Source of the DNA: a phage
Assembly (NCBI GenBank): GCA_025812035.1
Contig: GCA_025812035.1_4719.1
Reading direction: 5' to 3' (one strand)
DNA: 64,000 nt
In this document: positions 54,972-64,000 of the stretch, piece after piece
Layout of the letters: every line of letters starts with the position of its first letter
How positions within the stretch are numbered: the first letter of the stretch is position 1
Made by a program: the position numbers and the translations under genes
Notes under the pieces: generated by a model
Database searches by the model: none
Told to the model about the DNA's origin: nothing
The model's input: the letters and a program-made list of their open reading frames with translations, nothing else

Positions 54972-55577
54972 TTAACGACTCCGTTGCTGTTGTTGAATGA
55001 TGAACTCTTCGATCTTCGTACCACGGAATTCGCTGTGACGAACCGCTTGCAGTTGTTCTTCAACGGTTGGGCCAGCATTGAGACCGCCACGACGTGCGCG
55101 GTTGATACCGATTCGGCGACGTTGACCGATCTCACGTAAACGTGAAGATAATCCGCTCATCTCAGTAGGGTCTTTAATACGACCACGTGCGACGTTCCAT
55201 AAACCACCCATGAACTCTTCGAGAATACGGCTGGCTTCGAGGGACGGTACTCGCGCGTTAGGATCGTTTTCAAGATTGTATTTAACGTATTCCGTGTGTT
55301 CCAGAAGAAGCATGAACATCTTCATGGCGTTCACGTCAGGATTTGCGATACGCATAGGGACACCACGAGAATGTTTTTCAGCAGCCTGCGGTACAGTGAG
55401 CTGTGCGGGCACCTCTTCGTTCATGGCCATATCGTCGATTTCTGCAACACCTGAAGAGTAGACACCGCTGACTTCGTTGGTGTAATTATCCACCATGAAT
55501 TTACGGGGGATCCAGAATTCGAATTTACGTTCAAATAGACGTTTGGTTGGGGTATCTTTAACGTGTTGTAGACTCAT
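54972..55577 (-). CDS. hypothetical protein (201 aa)
   Basis: ORF, coupled to the upstream gene by an ATGA overlap. Confidence 0.55.
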   Translation of the reverse strand: MSLQHVKDTPTKRLFERKFEFWIPRKFMVDNYTNEVSGVYSSGVAEIDDMAMNEEVPAQLTVPQAAEKHSRGVPMRIANPDVNAMKMFMLLLEHTEYVKYNLENDPNARVPSLEASRILEEFMGGLWNVARGRIKDPTEMSGLSSRLREIGQRRRIGINRARRGGLNAGPTVEEQLQAVRHSEFRGTKIEEFIIQQQQRSR

Positions 55578-56890
55578 GGTTCAATAGCTCCTGCTCGTAA
55601 CAGCATAATAACGAACGGTGTGAAATAGTAACGATCCAGCGGAGAAAGCAATGGCACTGCGTCAACCATCTGCTTCAGTGCCGGATGGCTGATCGCTTTC
55701 TCATCGACCATATCACGTACCATACTCTCAATGATTGTCATCGGGGGTTGGTTGCGATAGAACGCCTCTGTGAAAACATAGTACGGATCGTCTGTTATTG
55801 ATGGAAACAATGGAACACCGTCATACTCCATCGATGTAAGGTTGGTCACCAACGGGTTTGTTGGGGGCGTGATTTCAGGTACAGCCAATTCTTTACCCAC
55901 ATCTTCGCCGAGTGACGTGGTCGCAGGCCACATACAGAATCGCGCACCACTAAAACGAATCCCGCCTGCAGCCGGGTATTGATAGAAACGCTTGGTTGAC
56001 AGCAGTTTGAATTTCACCGTCATCCGCGCTTCGTCTTCCCGACGTCCTTCCATTACCCATTCAAAGACAGAAATCGCATTCGCTTCCTGGTTGTCATCTA
56101 CGTTAAGGCGTCCGAAGTTCCATGATGGTTTTCCTTCAAGTGCCGACCATAATTTCGTAAACGCGTTAACACACCAGGGATCGTAGGTTGCGGCATCTTG
56201 ACCAGGAACCAGCAACGTGTTTAGTTCACGGCTGTAGAATTCATGGTAGTACGCATAACAAAGTCCCAGCGCGCGACGGAGATAATCATACTTACGATTG
56301 TATTTCTCCGTTGCCATTACGGGATGTTTCCCGTGCTTTAACTGGTCTTGGTCGTACAGTGTATCCTCAACGATTTTCGCTTCCAGTTCGATAAGCTGCT
56401 TTTCATCAAGAATACGCTGGAAGGAAATATCGCATTCGTAAGCCGGTGCTAAGCTGATGTTCTTCGGCGTGATTCTGGTGATCGTGTAAACAGCAATACG
56501 ATGATCGAGACCGGAGATTAACAGCATGTTACCTAAAAGGGGAACCGACACCGCCGGAAGTATACATGTACCCTCGGATTGAAAACGTGCGGTGCCGTTG
56601 TCGTACGACGGTGTCAATGACGACATTAACTTGATAGGGTAATGTCGGATACGACGGTATTGTTGTTCAGCGATATCACGGTTAGCTTGAAAACTGCTTT
56701 GTTCATCATCACGACCGAGAATCTGTTCGTAATAATCACATTCTACGGAATAACCGGATGCGTAATTCACCAACCCGATTTGACTGTTGTATTGCTCATC
56801 CACCACCGCAGAACGATAAACATCATCGCGAGCCTTCGCGGGTTGTTGGGGGTTGATGATAGGTTTCGCGGGCTTCTTAGCGAGCGCCAT
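55574..56890 (-). CDS. hypothetical protein (438 aa)
   Basis: Long ORF. Confidence 0.6.
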   Translation of the reverse strand: MALAKKPAKPIINPQQPAKARDDVYRSAVVDEQYNSQIGLVNYASGYSVECDYYEQILGRDDEQSSFQANRDIAEQQYRRIRHYPIKLMSSLTPSYDNGTARFQSEGTCILPAVSVPLLGNMLLISGLDHRIAVYTITRITPKNISLAPAYECDISFQRILDEKQLIELEAKIVEDTLYDQDQLKHGKHPVMATEKYNRKYDYLRRALGLCYAYYHEFYSRELNTLLVPGQDAATYDPWCVNAFTKLWSALEGKPSWNFGRLNVDDNQEANAISVFEWVMEGRREDEARMTVKFKLLSTKRFYQYPAAGGIRFSGARFCMWPATTSLGEDVGKELAVPEITPPTNPLVTNLTSMEYDGVPLFPSITDDPYYVFTEAFYRNQPPMTIIESMVRDMVDEKAISHPALKQMVDAVPLLSPLDRYYFTPFVIMLLRAGAIEP

Positions 56891-58469
56891 AACGTTTCAC
56901 TCCTACGATGGTACCGACAAGAATTCTCGGCACAAATAAACTACGATGTTTGAACCATGAAGCTGTTGTTGGGATACGTTTGATGGCTTCGATAAGCCCA
57001 GTCAACGTATAGCACCCACGGCTGTTCTTCTTAGGCCAGTATTTCTTATCTAAACCTAATACCGCGAACAGTTCATCCACCAGATCGGGATAACAACATA
57101 ATGCTTCAAGCGTCTCAACCTGTAATTGACTTAAGTCTAACAATATCGCCAGACGAACATGGTAATCACTGCGTAAGTCTAACGGATCTTTCGCTTCAAG
57201 ATCACCAACGTCGGTTAACGTCCACGCGTCTCGTGCGTAACGGTATTTACCCTTCCAAACCTCAAGGAAAAACGGAGATTGGTAATGGCATTTTGACCAT
57301 TCTGGATACTCACGAAACCATCGAACAAGATCGGGATGGAACTCGCCTTCTTCGGCTAACGAATCCAACGTCACCAACAGGTTAGGTTGTTCAGGATCGA
57401 TAGCAAGTAATGCAGTGAAAAGCGTGCTTGATGGAAGCTCGGTCTCTACGCTCGATGGAGGCAACCATTCATCCAGATCAGGATACCGATACGCTTGAAT
57501 CGTCGCACCCTGTTCGGGCAAGAACGAATCGCGAAGAATGTCCTGATACTGTACTACCATACCACCACGACGCACGCGGGATTTATCGCGCACCGAGAGG
57601 CTCGGTTTGTAGAGGTACTCTTCGGGGAGTACCTGCTGGTGCACTTGAACGGGATACCGCGCTACGATGTGTGTTGGTGTGTCGTAGGTGTAACGGTAAG
57701 AGAATGTTGCGTTGTACGATGAACTGTTCTCGTTCTTCTCGGGTTTCGGTGCGTCGGTGAAATCAAATTGACCAGAGATCTCTTCCTGCATTTCCCTGAT
57801 AACCAGTTTAACGCTTTTACCATCACCTGCGACTGTCGTCATGGTGGTTGCACGGTTGTCGAATCCGTCTCTAAGATACTCACTGAATTTATCCCCATAT
57901 CCCGCGATTGCTTCTCGGTGCGTGTGAATAACCTTTAACAGCATGAGAAACTGCGTGGGGATCGCATAGCTGTATTCAGCACTGAGAAACGCTGCAACAT
58001 GCTGACTTGTCAACAAGCGTTTCATGTCGTACCACCAACGTTCGGCGGTGACCTGATCCTCGAAACGTTTGGTGATCTGCATGGTCGCAACCATCGTGCT
58101 GTACGCGGGCACTAACGATACGCCAAGGTTACGGTCTTCGAATACGGGAAGACTGTTTCGTTTATAAACGGTGTCGTACATTGATGCCTGTTCTTCAGGC
58201 ACGATATTGAGTTCAATTTGAATAAACCCGTCTGCTGGACCTTTTACATCTTGGTTGACGACCTGCGGTGGTTGCTCGTTTGCGGCGCTCATTTTAGCGT
58301 GAATCGCTTCGCCACGGAAAAGAATATTTTCGCGATTATAATCCCACCCACAAAGCTCGCTAATCTGTCGCAATACTGCGATCGCGATAGGTCGCGTTAC
58401 TGTCGCATACACGTCATTGATTTTTCGATCAAGTTTAGGCATCGGTGTCGTCCTCGCTAAATTCCTCAT
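56877..58469 (-). CDS. hypothetical protein (530 aa)
   Basis: Long ORF. Confidence 0.6.
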   Translation of the reverse strand: MRNLARTTPMPKLDRKINDVYATVTRPIAIAVLRQISELCGWDYNRENILFRGEAIHAKMSAANEQPPQVVNQDVKGPADGFIQIELNIVPEEQASMYDTVYKRNSLPVFEDRNLGVSLVPAYSTMVATMQITKRFEDQVTAERWWYDMKRLLTSQHVAAFLSAEYSYAIPTQFLMLLKVIHTHREAIAGYGDKFSEYLRDGFDNRATTMTTVAGDGKSVKLVIREMQEEISGQFDFTDAPKPEKNENSSSYNATFSYRYTYDTPTHIVARYPVQVHQQVLPEEYLYKPSLSVRDKSRVRRGGMVVQYQDILRDSFLPEQGATIQAYRYPDLDEWLPPSSVETELPSSTLFTALLAIDPEQPNLLVTLDSLAEEGEFHPDLVRWFREYPEWSKCHYQSPFFLEVWKGKYRYARDAWTLTDVGDLEAKDPLDLRSDYHVRLAILLDLSQLQVETLEALCCYPDLVDELFAVLGLDKKYWPKKNSRGCYTLTGLIEAIKRIPTTASWFKHRSLFVPRILVGTIVGVKRYGAR

Positions 58470-58818
58470 CTCCTTGTTGCCGGTATCCAGTATAATGAAT
58501 CAAACTGCTCTGTAAAAGCTCTTTAACGAGCCCTAGACGCGTTTTATCTACGTCGTTAGCCGTTCCTATTAATGTTTCGATTTCGTTGTTTAAAACGGCG
58601 TATAGCGCTTCTAATGGCAATCCCTGAATGATCGGTTTGTTGATACCTTCTGGTAGGGCCGCAACAGGAATCTGCACGACGGTCTCATGCGCGGTATGTG
58701 GGTTAATACGGCAAATATACATACCCGGTAACGAATGTCGCGGACACGCCGCTACCAAACATGTCTGTTGTTGCGCACCGTTAAGTGCGAGTGGAAGAAA
58801 TTTTGCTTCACGTGTCAT
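58435..58818 (-). CDS. hypothetical protein (127 aa)
   Basis: ORF. Confidence 0.5.
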   Translation of the reverse strand: MTREAKFLPLALNGAQQQTCLVAACPRHSLPGMYICRINPHTAHETVVQIPVAALPEGINKPIIQGLPLEALYAVLNNEIETLIGTANDVDKTRLGLVKELLQSSLIHYTGYRQQGDEEFSEDDTDA

Positions 58819-58906
58819 CGCAGATTCCTGTTTGAAAGATAAGATATCACATGATGGTTGACAGCATAAAGCCCACCCCGAAGGGCGGGCTGTTTATGCG
58901 TACTGG

Positions 58907-61900
58907 TTACTTGTAGGCACCGCAATGTGCTTTGATGAGGAAAAGCACCGCTTGCATCGGCTTATTGAACTGCTGCCATAACGTCAATGCAGGATGGAAC
59001 AACCAATCTTCCAGGCCAAGAACAATACCATAGTTAACGACATTATTAACATCGTTCTCAACGTTGAGTTCGCTATCCAGGAATTTATCGATTGAACGCA
59101 GGGTCTGCATGGCGTTGTCAGCGATGAGCCAAGCCTCATGCGCTTCACGAGCCGCACGTAGCAACGCATCCAGCTCGCTGACGCTGGCTACCGGTAATTC
59201 CTCGCTGGTGAGGTCGTCAGAAACCGTGAAGCTGCGGTTGATACCGGTATAGATCCACTGCATCAGTTTCGCTGCTTCCTCGTTCGGGTTGTTACGCGTT
59301 GTCGCATAGGTTGCGCTCACCTTCACGATATGCGTTTCACCGAGATACGCTTTGGAACCAACACCTTTACGATCGCTGTCTTTCCATGGCTGTACGGTAG
59401 CAACCATAAGCTTATCCCATTTCTGGATAGGAATACGCTTCAGACCAACAACCGAGCCAGTGGACGTGTCGGACTGGTTGCTCTTCCGCACTTCGCTGAG
59501 CTCACGATCGATAGCGACGATTAATTCGCGTGCCATGTTACCGAGCATTTTGATTTCACCCAACGCAGCGATGAGTTTCTTCACATCGGTAACAGGCTCA
59601 CCACCGATGGTAAGATGACGGATGAATCGTTTCAGAATAATCCGTTCCGCAGCTGGGTTACCGTGACGCGCTTTAGCTAGTGCTTGCTGTGTTTCGGCGA
59701 ACAGCTTATCCCATGGAGCCGTAGCAGCAGTGTAGTAACGGTGATTGGTTTCGATCCAATTCCCGATACGGTTAACCGCGTTCTTAACGGTATCCATGAA
59801 TCCTTCCATCGCGATTTCGGTAGCTTCAACGTTACCCCGGAAGTTATCAGGACCGATCTCGCGTGCCGCTACCAGAATACCTTCCACCGCACTTACCGCA
59901 TGGCGACCGATAGCCAGATTTCGCTGTGCTTCTTCAGCACGCTCAACGAATTCCACCACAGCCGGATCGTCAACGATTTCCGCTTCGGCAACAGCACGTG
60001 TACCTGCATCGCCTTCCAACGTCTCGATGGTGACAACAGGATCGTTTTCACCAGCAACGTCCTGATACTCTTCCTGTTTGAGATCGCCGTTATCAGCCGC
60101 TGCGACAGCGGTGAGTATACGGACAGTAACATCGCCGAGTTCTTTCGCTGCGAATCCGTAGACGGTGCATGCTGTTGTCGCAAAGTTCATCAGCGTACGT
60201 GTACGTTTAACGATGTAACCAACACCATAATCGCTACCGCTCTTATCGATGTCGCGGATTAACTGTTCAGCCGTCTCCTGAAGTTGAGTAGCTGCTTTCA
60301 GAAGGTTTTCGTCAAACAGTTTCGTTGATGCACTGATCAGCATTTCAACGCTGACATTGGACGGCACAGCATCGTCCTGCTGTTTCATGGCGCTAAGTTC
60401 GTCACGGAACTTACGAATACCGTCTAAAGCGGCATCGGCGTTATGTCCGAATGCGGCTACGCCCGACATTGTTGTTGCTGACAACATATCCGAATCGGCG
60501 TTTGGACTTTCGCCTTCTTTAAGATCCTTCAATTGGTCGAAGAATTTACGGGACGCGTCGGCAATACGTTTACTGTCTTTGACTGCGTTTACGATTTTAT
60601 CGACCGATTTAGCATCGTTCGCAAGCAGCGTATCGAGCTTGTTCCATTCGACGTCGACTTTCTTCGCATCCGCAGTATTACTCGGCGGAGGAAGCAGTTT
60701 CATCACTGGCGTTGTGCGTTGTTCTTTGGTGAGCTTACCAGCCTTCTCATCGATTTTCTTTTTACTAACACCGAAGAGCTTTCTTAGGCGTGCTACGAGG
60801 GCTTTTAAGAACTTCACAACCGCTTCGTAAACCGACTTCAGGATCTGCTTAAAGCGACCTGGCTGTTTTTCCCCGTCTTCCAGATTGAGATCGCTGTTCA
60901 ATGCGATATCAAGCTGTTTGTACGATTCCATGATGTATTCGTCTTTGATTTCAGGACGAATCTCGAAGCTTTCCATCGGACCTTCAGCCGGACGGAATTC
61001 CATTTTCAGTTCGCCTTGCAGGGTAGGGTCGACAATAGCGATAGCTTCGCCCTGGCCATCCGCATTAAAACGTTCAGCGTAACGAGTACGACGAACGATA
61101 ACGCTCTTATCCCCTTCAAAACGACGTACCACCATGGTGCCTGGAATGTACGGTTGTTCTGTTTCGATAACGGTAACGCCTGTTTCACCTTCACCGAGAA
61201 TAACGGAGGCCTGCTGCTCAACAACAGGAACATCTAAAACACCACGTGCTTCCAGCTCTTGACGAATTTCGAACGACTCTTGTTTCAGATCTTCATCTTC
61301 TTCGTTTTCGTCGTCTTCATCGTCGTCACCTTCGGTGTTTTCATTACCCTCGGTGGTTGTGGTGTCTGTGTTGGTAGGTTCTTCGGACGCAGGTTCGGTG
61401 GTGCTGTCTTCGGCAGGCGTTTCGTCAGCGTTATCGACGTCAACATCACCTTGCAGCTCCGTTTCTTGAGCAACTGCTTCGGCTTTCTGCTCGCCGGTAT
61501 TGCCGTCATTAGCGTCAACAACCGGTTGTTCGTCAGCGACGGTATCTTCAACCTTTTCTACTTTCTCCACGACGCGTTTAATCACGGTGACTTTGATGGG
61601 TTCTTCCGTCGTTTTGGTTTCTGGTGTTACATCGGCTGCCGTGGCTGTTGTTTCAGCTGCAGGTTCTTCTTTTTCCGGTTCGACGACATTACCTTTAACC
61701 CCTTGGGTGGTTTCTGCCGGTTGCGCAGCCTGTTCGATTTGTGCCGGGTTGGTTGGATCGATGGCGTTAGCCGCATCCTGAATCTTGTTCTTCAGGTTGT
61801 CGCGGTCAGCGCTGATGGTCGGGTCATTGGTCACTTTCGGTGCCGGTGTTTCGGTCGGTGCGTTTGCCGGATACGGGTTCTTCGGTTCTTCGCCTGGTGC

Positions 61901-62272
61901 GGTCGGTACCGCGATCAGAACGAACGGCTGAACATCGTTACCGTCTTCCATGGTTACACCGCCGTTACTTGGTGTGAAACGAATGCGCAAACTCCCATCA
62001 ATAGGACGGGTTACAATAACAGCACGTACGACGTCTTCACCGTTCTCATCCGTGCTACGAATCACACGAACGGCATCATCAACGGTGGTCCCTTCCTCGA
62101 GCGTATCTGATTCGATCGTCGCTTCGATGCTGTCTGGCCGTGCCGCGGTAGGTAACGCGATCACTTGCTCTTCTTTATCGGTAGAAAGCGTTGCTTTGAC
62201 TTCGATAGGGGTATCGCCGCTTTCCAGGTTAAGATGCGACTTACGCATCAGATCAGCTAACGATTTTTTCAT
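58907..62272 (-). CDS. very large protein (1121 aa) with internal acidic/PT-rich disordered region
   Basis: Long ORF. Residues ~130-330 are E/D/T/P-rich, including a DDDEDDENEEDED stretch. Confidence 0.65.
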   Translation of the reverse strand: MKKSLADLMRKSHLNLESGDTPIEVKATLSTDKEEQVIALPTAARPDSIEATIESDTLEEGTTVDDAVRVIRSTDENGEDVVRAVIVTRPIDGSLRIRFTPSNGGVTMEDGNDVQPFVLIAVPTAPGEEPKNPYPANAPTETPAPKVTNDPTISADRDNLKNKIQDAANAIDPTNPAQIEQAAQPAETTQGVKGNVVEPEKEEPAAETTATAADVTPETKTTEEPIKVTVIKRVVEKVEKVEDTVADEQPVVDANDGNTGEQKAEAVAQETELQGDVDVDNADETPAEDSTTEPASEEPTNTDTTTTEGNENTEGDDDEDDENEEDEDLKQESFEIRQELEARGVLDVPVVEQQASVILGEGETGVTVIETEQPYIPGTMVVRRFEGDKSVIVRRTRYAERFNADGQGEAIAIVDPTLQGELKMEFRPAEGPMESFEIRPEIKDEYIMESYKQLDIALNSDLNLEDGEKQPGRFKQILKSVYEAVVKFLKALVARLRKLFGVSKKKIDEKAGKLTKEQRTTPVMKLLPPPSNTADAKKVDVEWNKLDTLLANDAKSVDKIVNAVKDSKRIADASRKFFDQLKDLKEGESPNADSDMLSATTMSGVAAFGHNADAALDGIRKFRDELSAMKQQDDAVPSNVSVEMLISASTKLFDENLLKAATQLQETAEQLIRDIDKSGSDYGVGYIVKRTRTLMNFATTACTVYGFAAKELGDVTVRILTAVAAADNGDLKQEEYQDVAGENDPVVTIETLEGDAGTRAVAEAEIVDDPAVVEFVERAEEAQRNLAIGRHAVSAVEGILVAAREIGPDNFRGNVEATEIAMEGFMDTVKNAVNRIGNWIETNHRYYTAATAPWDKLFAETQQALAKARHGNPAAERIILKRFIRHLTIGGEPVTDVKKLIAALGEIKMLGNMARELIVAIDRELSEVRKSNQSDTSTGSVVGLKRIPIQKWDKLMVATVQPWKDSDRKGVGSKAYLGETHIVKVSATYATTRNNPNEEAAKLMQWIYTGINRSFTVSDDLTSEELPVASVSELDALLRAAREAHEAWLIADNAMQTLRSIDKFLDSELNVENDVNNVVNYGIVLGLEDWLFHPALTLWQQFNKPMQAVLFLIKAHCGAYK

Positions 62273-62287
62273 AAAGCGTTATTCCTC

Positions 62288-63457
62288 TTAAAAGTAGTAT
62301 TTCAGCGCCTCGCGAGAGACCTCAAGCATAGCCGCCGTTGAATTCGTAAAGAACTCGGCATAGCCCACAAGCGGCACCTTGATCCACGCGGTATACGCTG
62401 TAAGGTATCGAGAAAGGGCTACCATAGCATCATCAGAAGCAGTAGCAACTGACAACTGACCTTGTTGACGATAAACGTCGTTAAGTTTTGCTTGTAGATT
62501 CCCTGCAATTTCGAGTAACTCGTTGGCGTACTTTTTACGGTGGTAAGCAACCAGCAAATCAACGCCCGTATTTACCGACTCGAGTAGAACACCAACTTGT
62601 TCTAATGATGGCATCGTAACCACCATATCTCGTTCAACGGATGGTATATCCTGAACTTCAAACCGCGCCGATTGAATAGCGAGGGATTGTTGAATTGAAC
62701 CAGAACCCGAGGTGGTAACCTGATCGAGTCGCAACATACGGTTACCCAGTAACGTGACGTTGACGAGTCTCGATTCGTTCAGTGTGTTGTAGACTTTATA
62801 CAGTAACGTATACGCATCACGGTTAATCACATCGATTAATGCGGTATCCGTCTGTTTTAAGATAATGTCGAGTGCTCTATCTAACGTATTAGCGAACTGC
62901 TTGAAATCGTCACGGAACGACGAAGACAAGAGATATTCAGCGATTGCTAAATTCTGCTTGTATAACGTATTCCCGGTTGTGAAGTCGAACCCAAAACTGT
63001 TTCCATACCGTAGGTGCGGAGCCAGCGTCGACGATGCTTCGAAGCTTTGCGCGATGGGTTTACGACCAACGGCTTTTGTATAATGGCGACGGATGTTACT
63101 GAGTTCGAGCTGTAGTGCGCGACTACGATCGATAAACCGTGCGATAAAAGCAGTAATATTCCGCAACGTTGTCCAGATTGCATCAATGATGGCTTTGATG
63201 ATTTTCATCGCAAGTTGACTGTGCGATTCCATCGTGAGGAGATCAGCACTTTCTGTGGTGTAACCGGTTACCTGGATACCACCTGCTTGCTGATAAATAA
63301 GCTGGTGAATTTCTCGTTGCGTTGCTGTCTCTGGTACAGGTAATGTCTTTAACAAGCTTAACGCTTGAATCTGTCCGTCATAGGTCTGCAGCATTGCTGG
63401 TTTCCTCAAGTTCGAGATGCGCGTCAAGATAATCATTAAGACCATCGATGACGTCAC
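62288..63457 (-). CDS. hypothetical protein (~389 aa)
   Basis: Long ORF. Start uncertain because it overlaps the upstream gene by up to 80 nt. Confidence 0.55.
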   Translation of the reverse strand: MTSSMVLMIILTRISNLRKPAMLQTYDGQIQALSLLKTLPVPETATQREIHQLIYQQAGGIQVTGYTTESADLLTMESHSQLAMKIIKAIIDAIWTTLRNITAFIARFIDRSRALQLELSNIRRHYTKAVGRKPIAQSFEASSTLAPHLRYGNSFGFDFTTGNTLYKQNLAIAEYLLSSSFRDDFKQFANTLDRALDIILKQTDTALIDVINRDAYTLLYKVYNTLNESRLVNVTLLGNRMLRLDQVTTSGSGSIQQSLAIQSARFEVQDIPSVERDMVVTMPSLEQVGVLLESVNTGVDLLVAYHRKKYANELLEIAGNLQAKLNDVYRQQGQLSVATASDDAMVALSRYLTAYTAWIKVPLVGYAEFFTNSTAAMLEVSREALKYYF

Positions 63458-63992
63458 AGACAGTTAACAGGAATCGGGCAAAAGCGACCGCCTGGAAGCC
63501 GACGACGTTACGCGCGATACCCACACGTTGAACGATGGCGGATGATGCGGTATCGCTGCTGTCCATCTGTTGTAGCAAACGCTCGTAAGGTTGAATCCAT
63601 TCGTCCTGGTCGGCAAGGCTTGCTTCAAGACAACGTTTGAATTCCAACTGTCGTAGCGTAGACCATAACGTACTTAGTGCGTTGATTATCGCGTTGGTTC
63701 CGTCGATAACATCGTTTAACGGTAAGAAACGGAATCCGTCTTTTGCTGATTGGAACGGTGCAGCTTCCCACACAACGCTGAACTGCGTTCCTGTTGCGTC
63801 TTCGATGTTGTGTAATTTAAGATAGGAAGCACCGACGGGTACGTCAACGACGATATCGTCTGTTCCGATAGACGTTAACGGCTTCTCGCATAACGCATCG
63901 TTGATGACCTCGAGAATATTCTCCCAGCACGCTTCGTTCTCCGCTGCGATACCTTCTTTGTTATCCGCTGACGGCGCTTTTAGTAGCTTCAT
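63378..63992 (-). CDS. hypothetical protein (204 aa)
   Basis: ORF close to the window edge. Confidence 0.5.
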   Translation of the reverse strand: MKLLKAPSADNKEGIAAENEACWENILEVINDALCEKPLTSIGTDDIVVDVPVGASYLKLHNIEDATGTQFSVVWEAAPFQSAKDGFRFLPLNDVIDGTNAIINALSTLWSTLRQLEFKRCLEASLADQDEWIQPYERLLQQMDSSDTASSAIVQRVGIARNVVGFQAVAFARFLLTVCDVIDGLNDYLDAHLELEETSNAADL

Positions 63993-64000
63993 TAATAACG

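Noticed and set aside
59684-62110. Multiple 60-283-aa plus-strand ORFs inside 58907-62272
   Set aside because: Antisense to the 1121-aa gene within its acidic low-complexity region.

Overview
This 64-kb window reads as a segment of a large virulent tailed dsDNA phage genome, with enterobacteria-style codon usage and GGAGG-type ribosome-binding sites. I found no rRNA, tRNA, CRISPR array, integrase or obvious host gene. I call about 59 protein-coding genes, roughly 85% on the minus strand, densely packed with frequent ATGA-type start/stop overlaps. From left to right: (1) an accessory block of small membrane and hypothetical genes (60-4100); (2) a DNA-metabolism and recombination module with thymidylate kinase, a RuvC-like resolvase and a Rad50/SbcC-like ATPase (4153-9960); (3) a plus-strand putative baseplate spike ending in an HxH motif; (4) an accessory block with two tandem paralog arrays (11.2-17.1 kb); (5) a roughly 0.65-kb noncoding, origin-like region; (6) a late/structural block with two divergently transcribed, strongly codon-optimised genes, a GH108 endolysin, a family of five tail-fibre genes, several large virion-type proteins with low-complexity domains, a monocistronic ~740-aa major structural protein and a DnaB-like helicase. 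The most notable observations are an in-frame amber (TAG) codon inside a strongly codon-optimised 181-codon gene, a conserved 24-nt motif at four sites that combines with a conserved two-tier GC hairpin family (10 copies) into ~90-bp cassettes, and four separate tandem paralog arrays. All functional calls rest on motifs I recognised by eye; no database search was run. All start coordinates are approximate.
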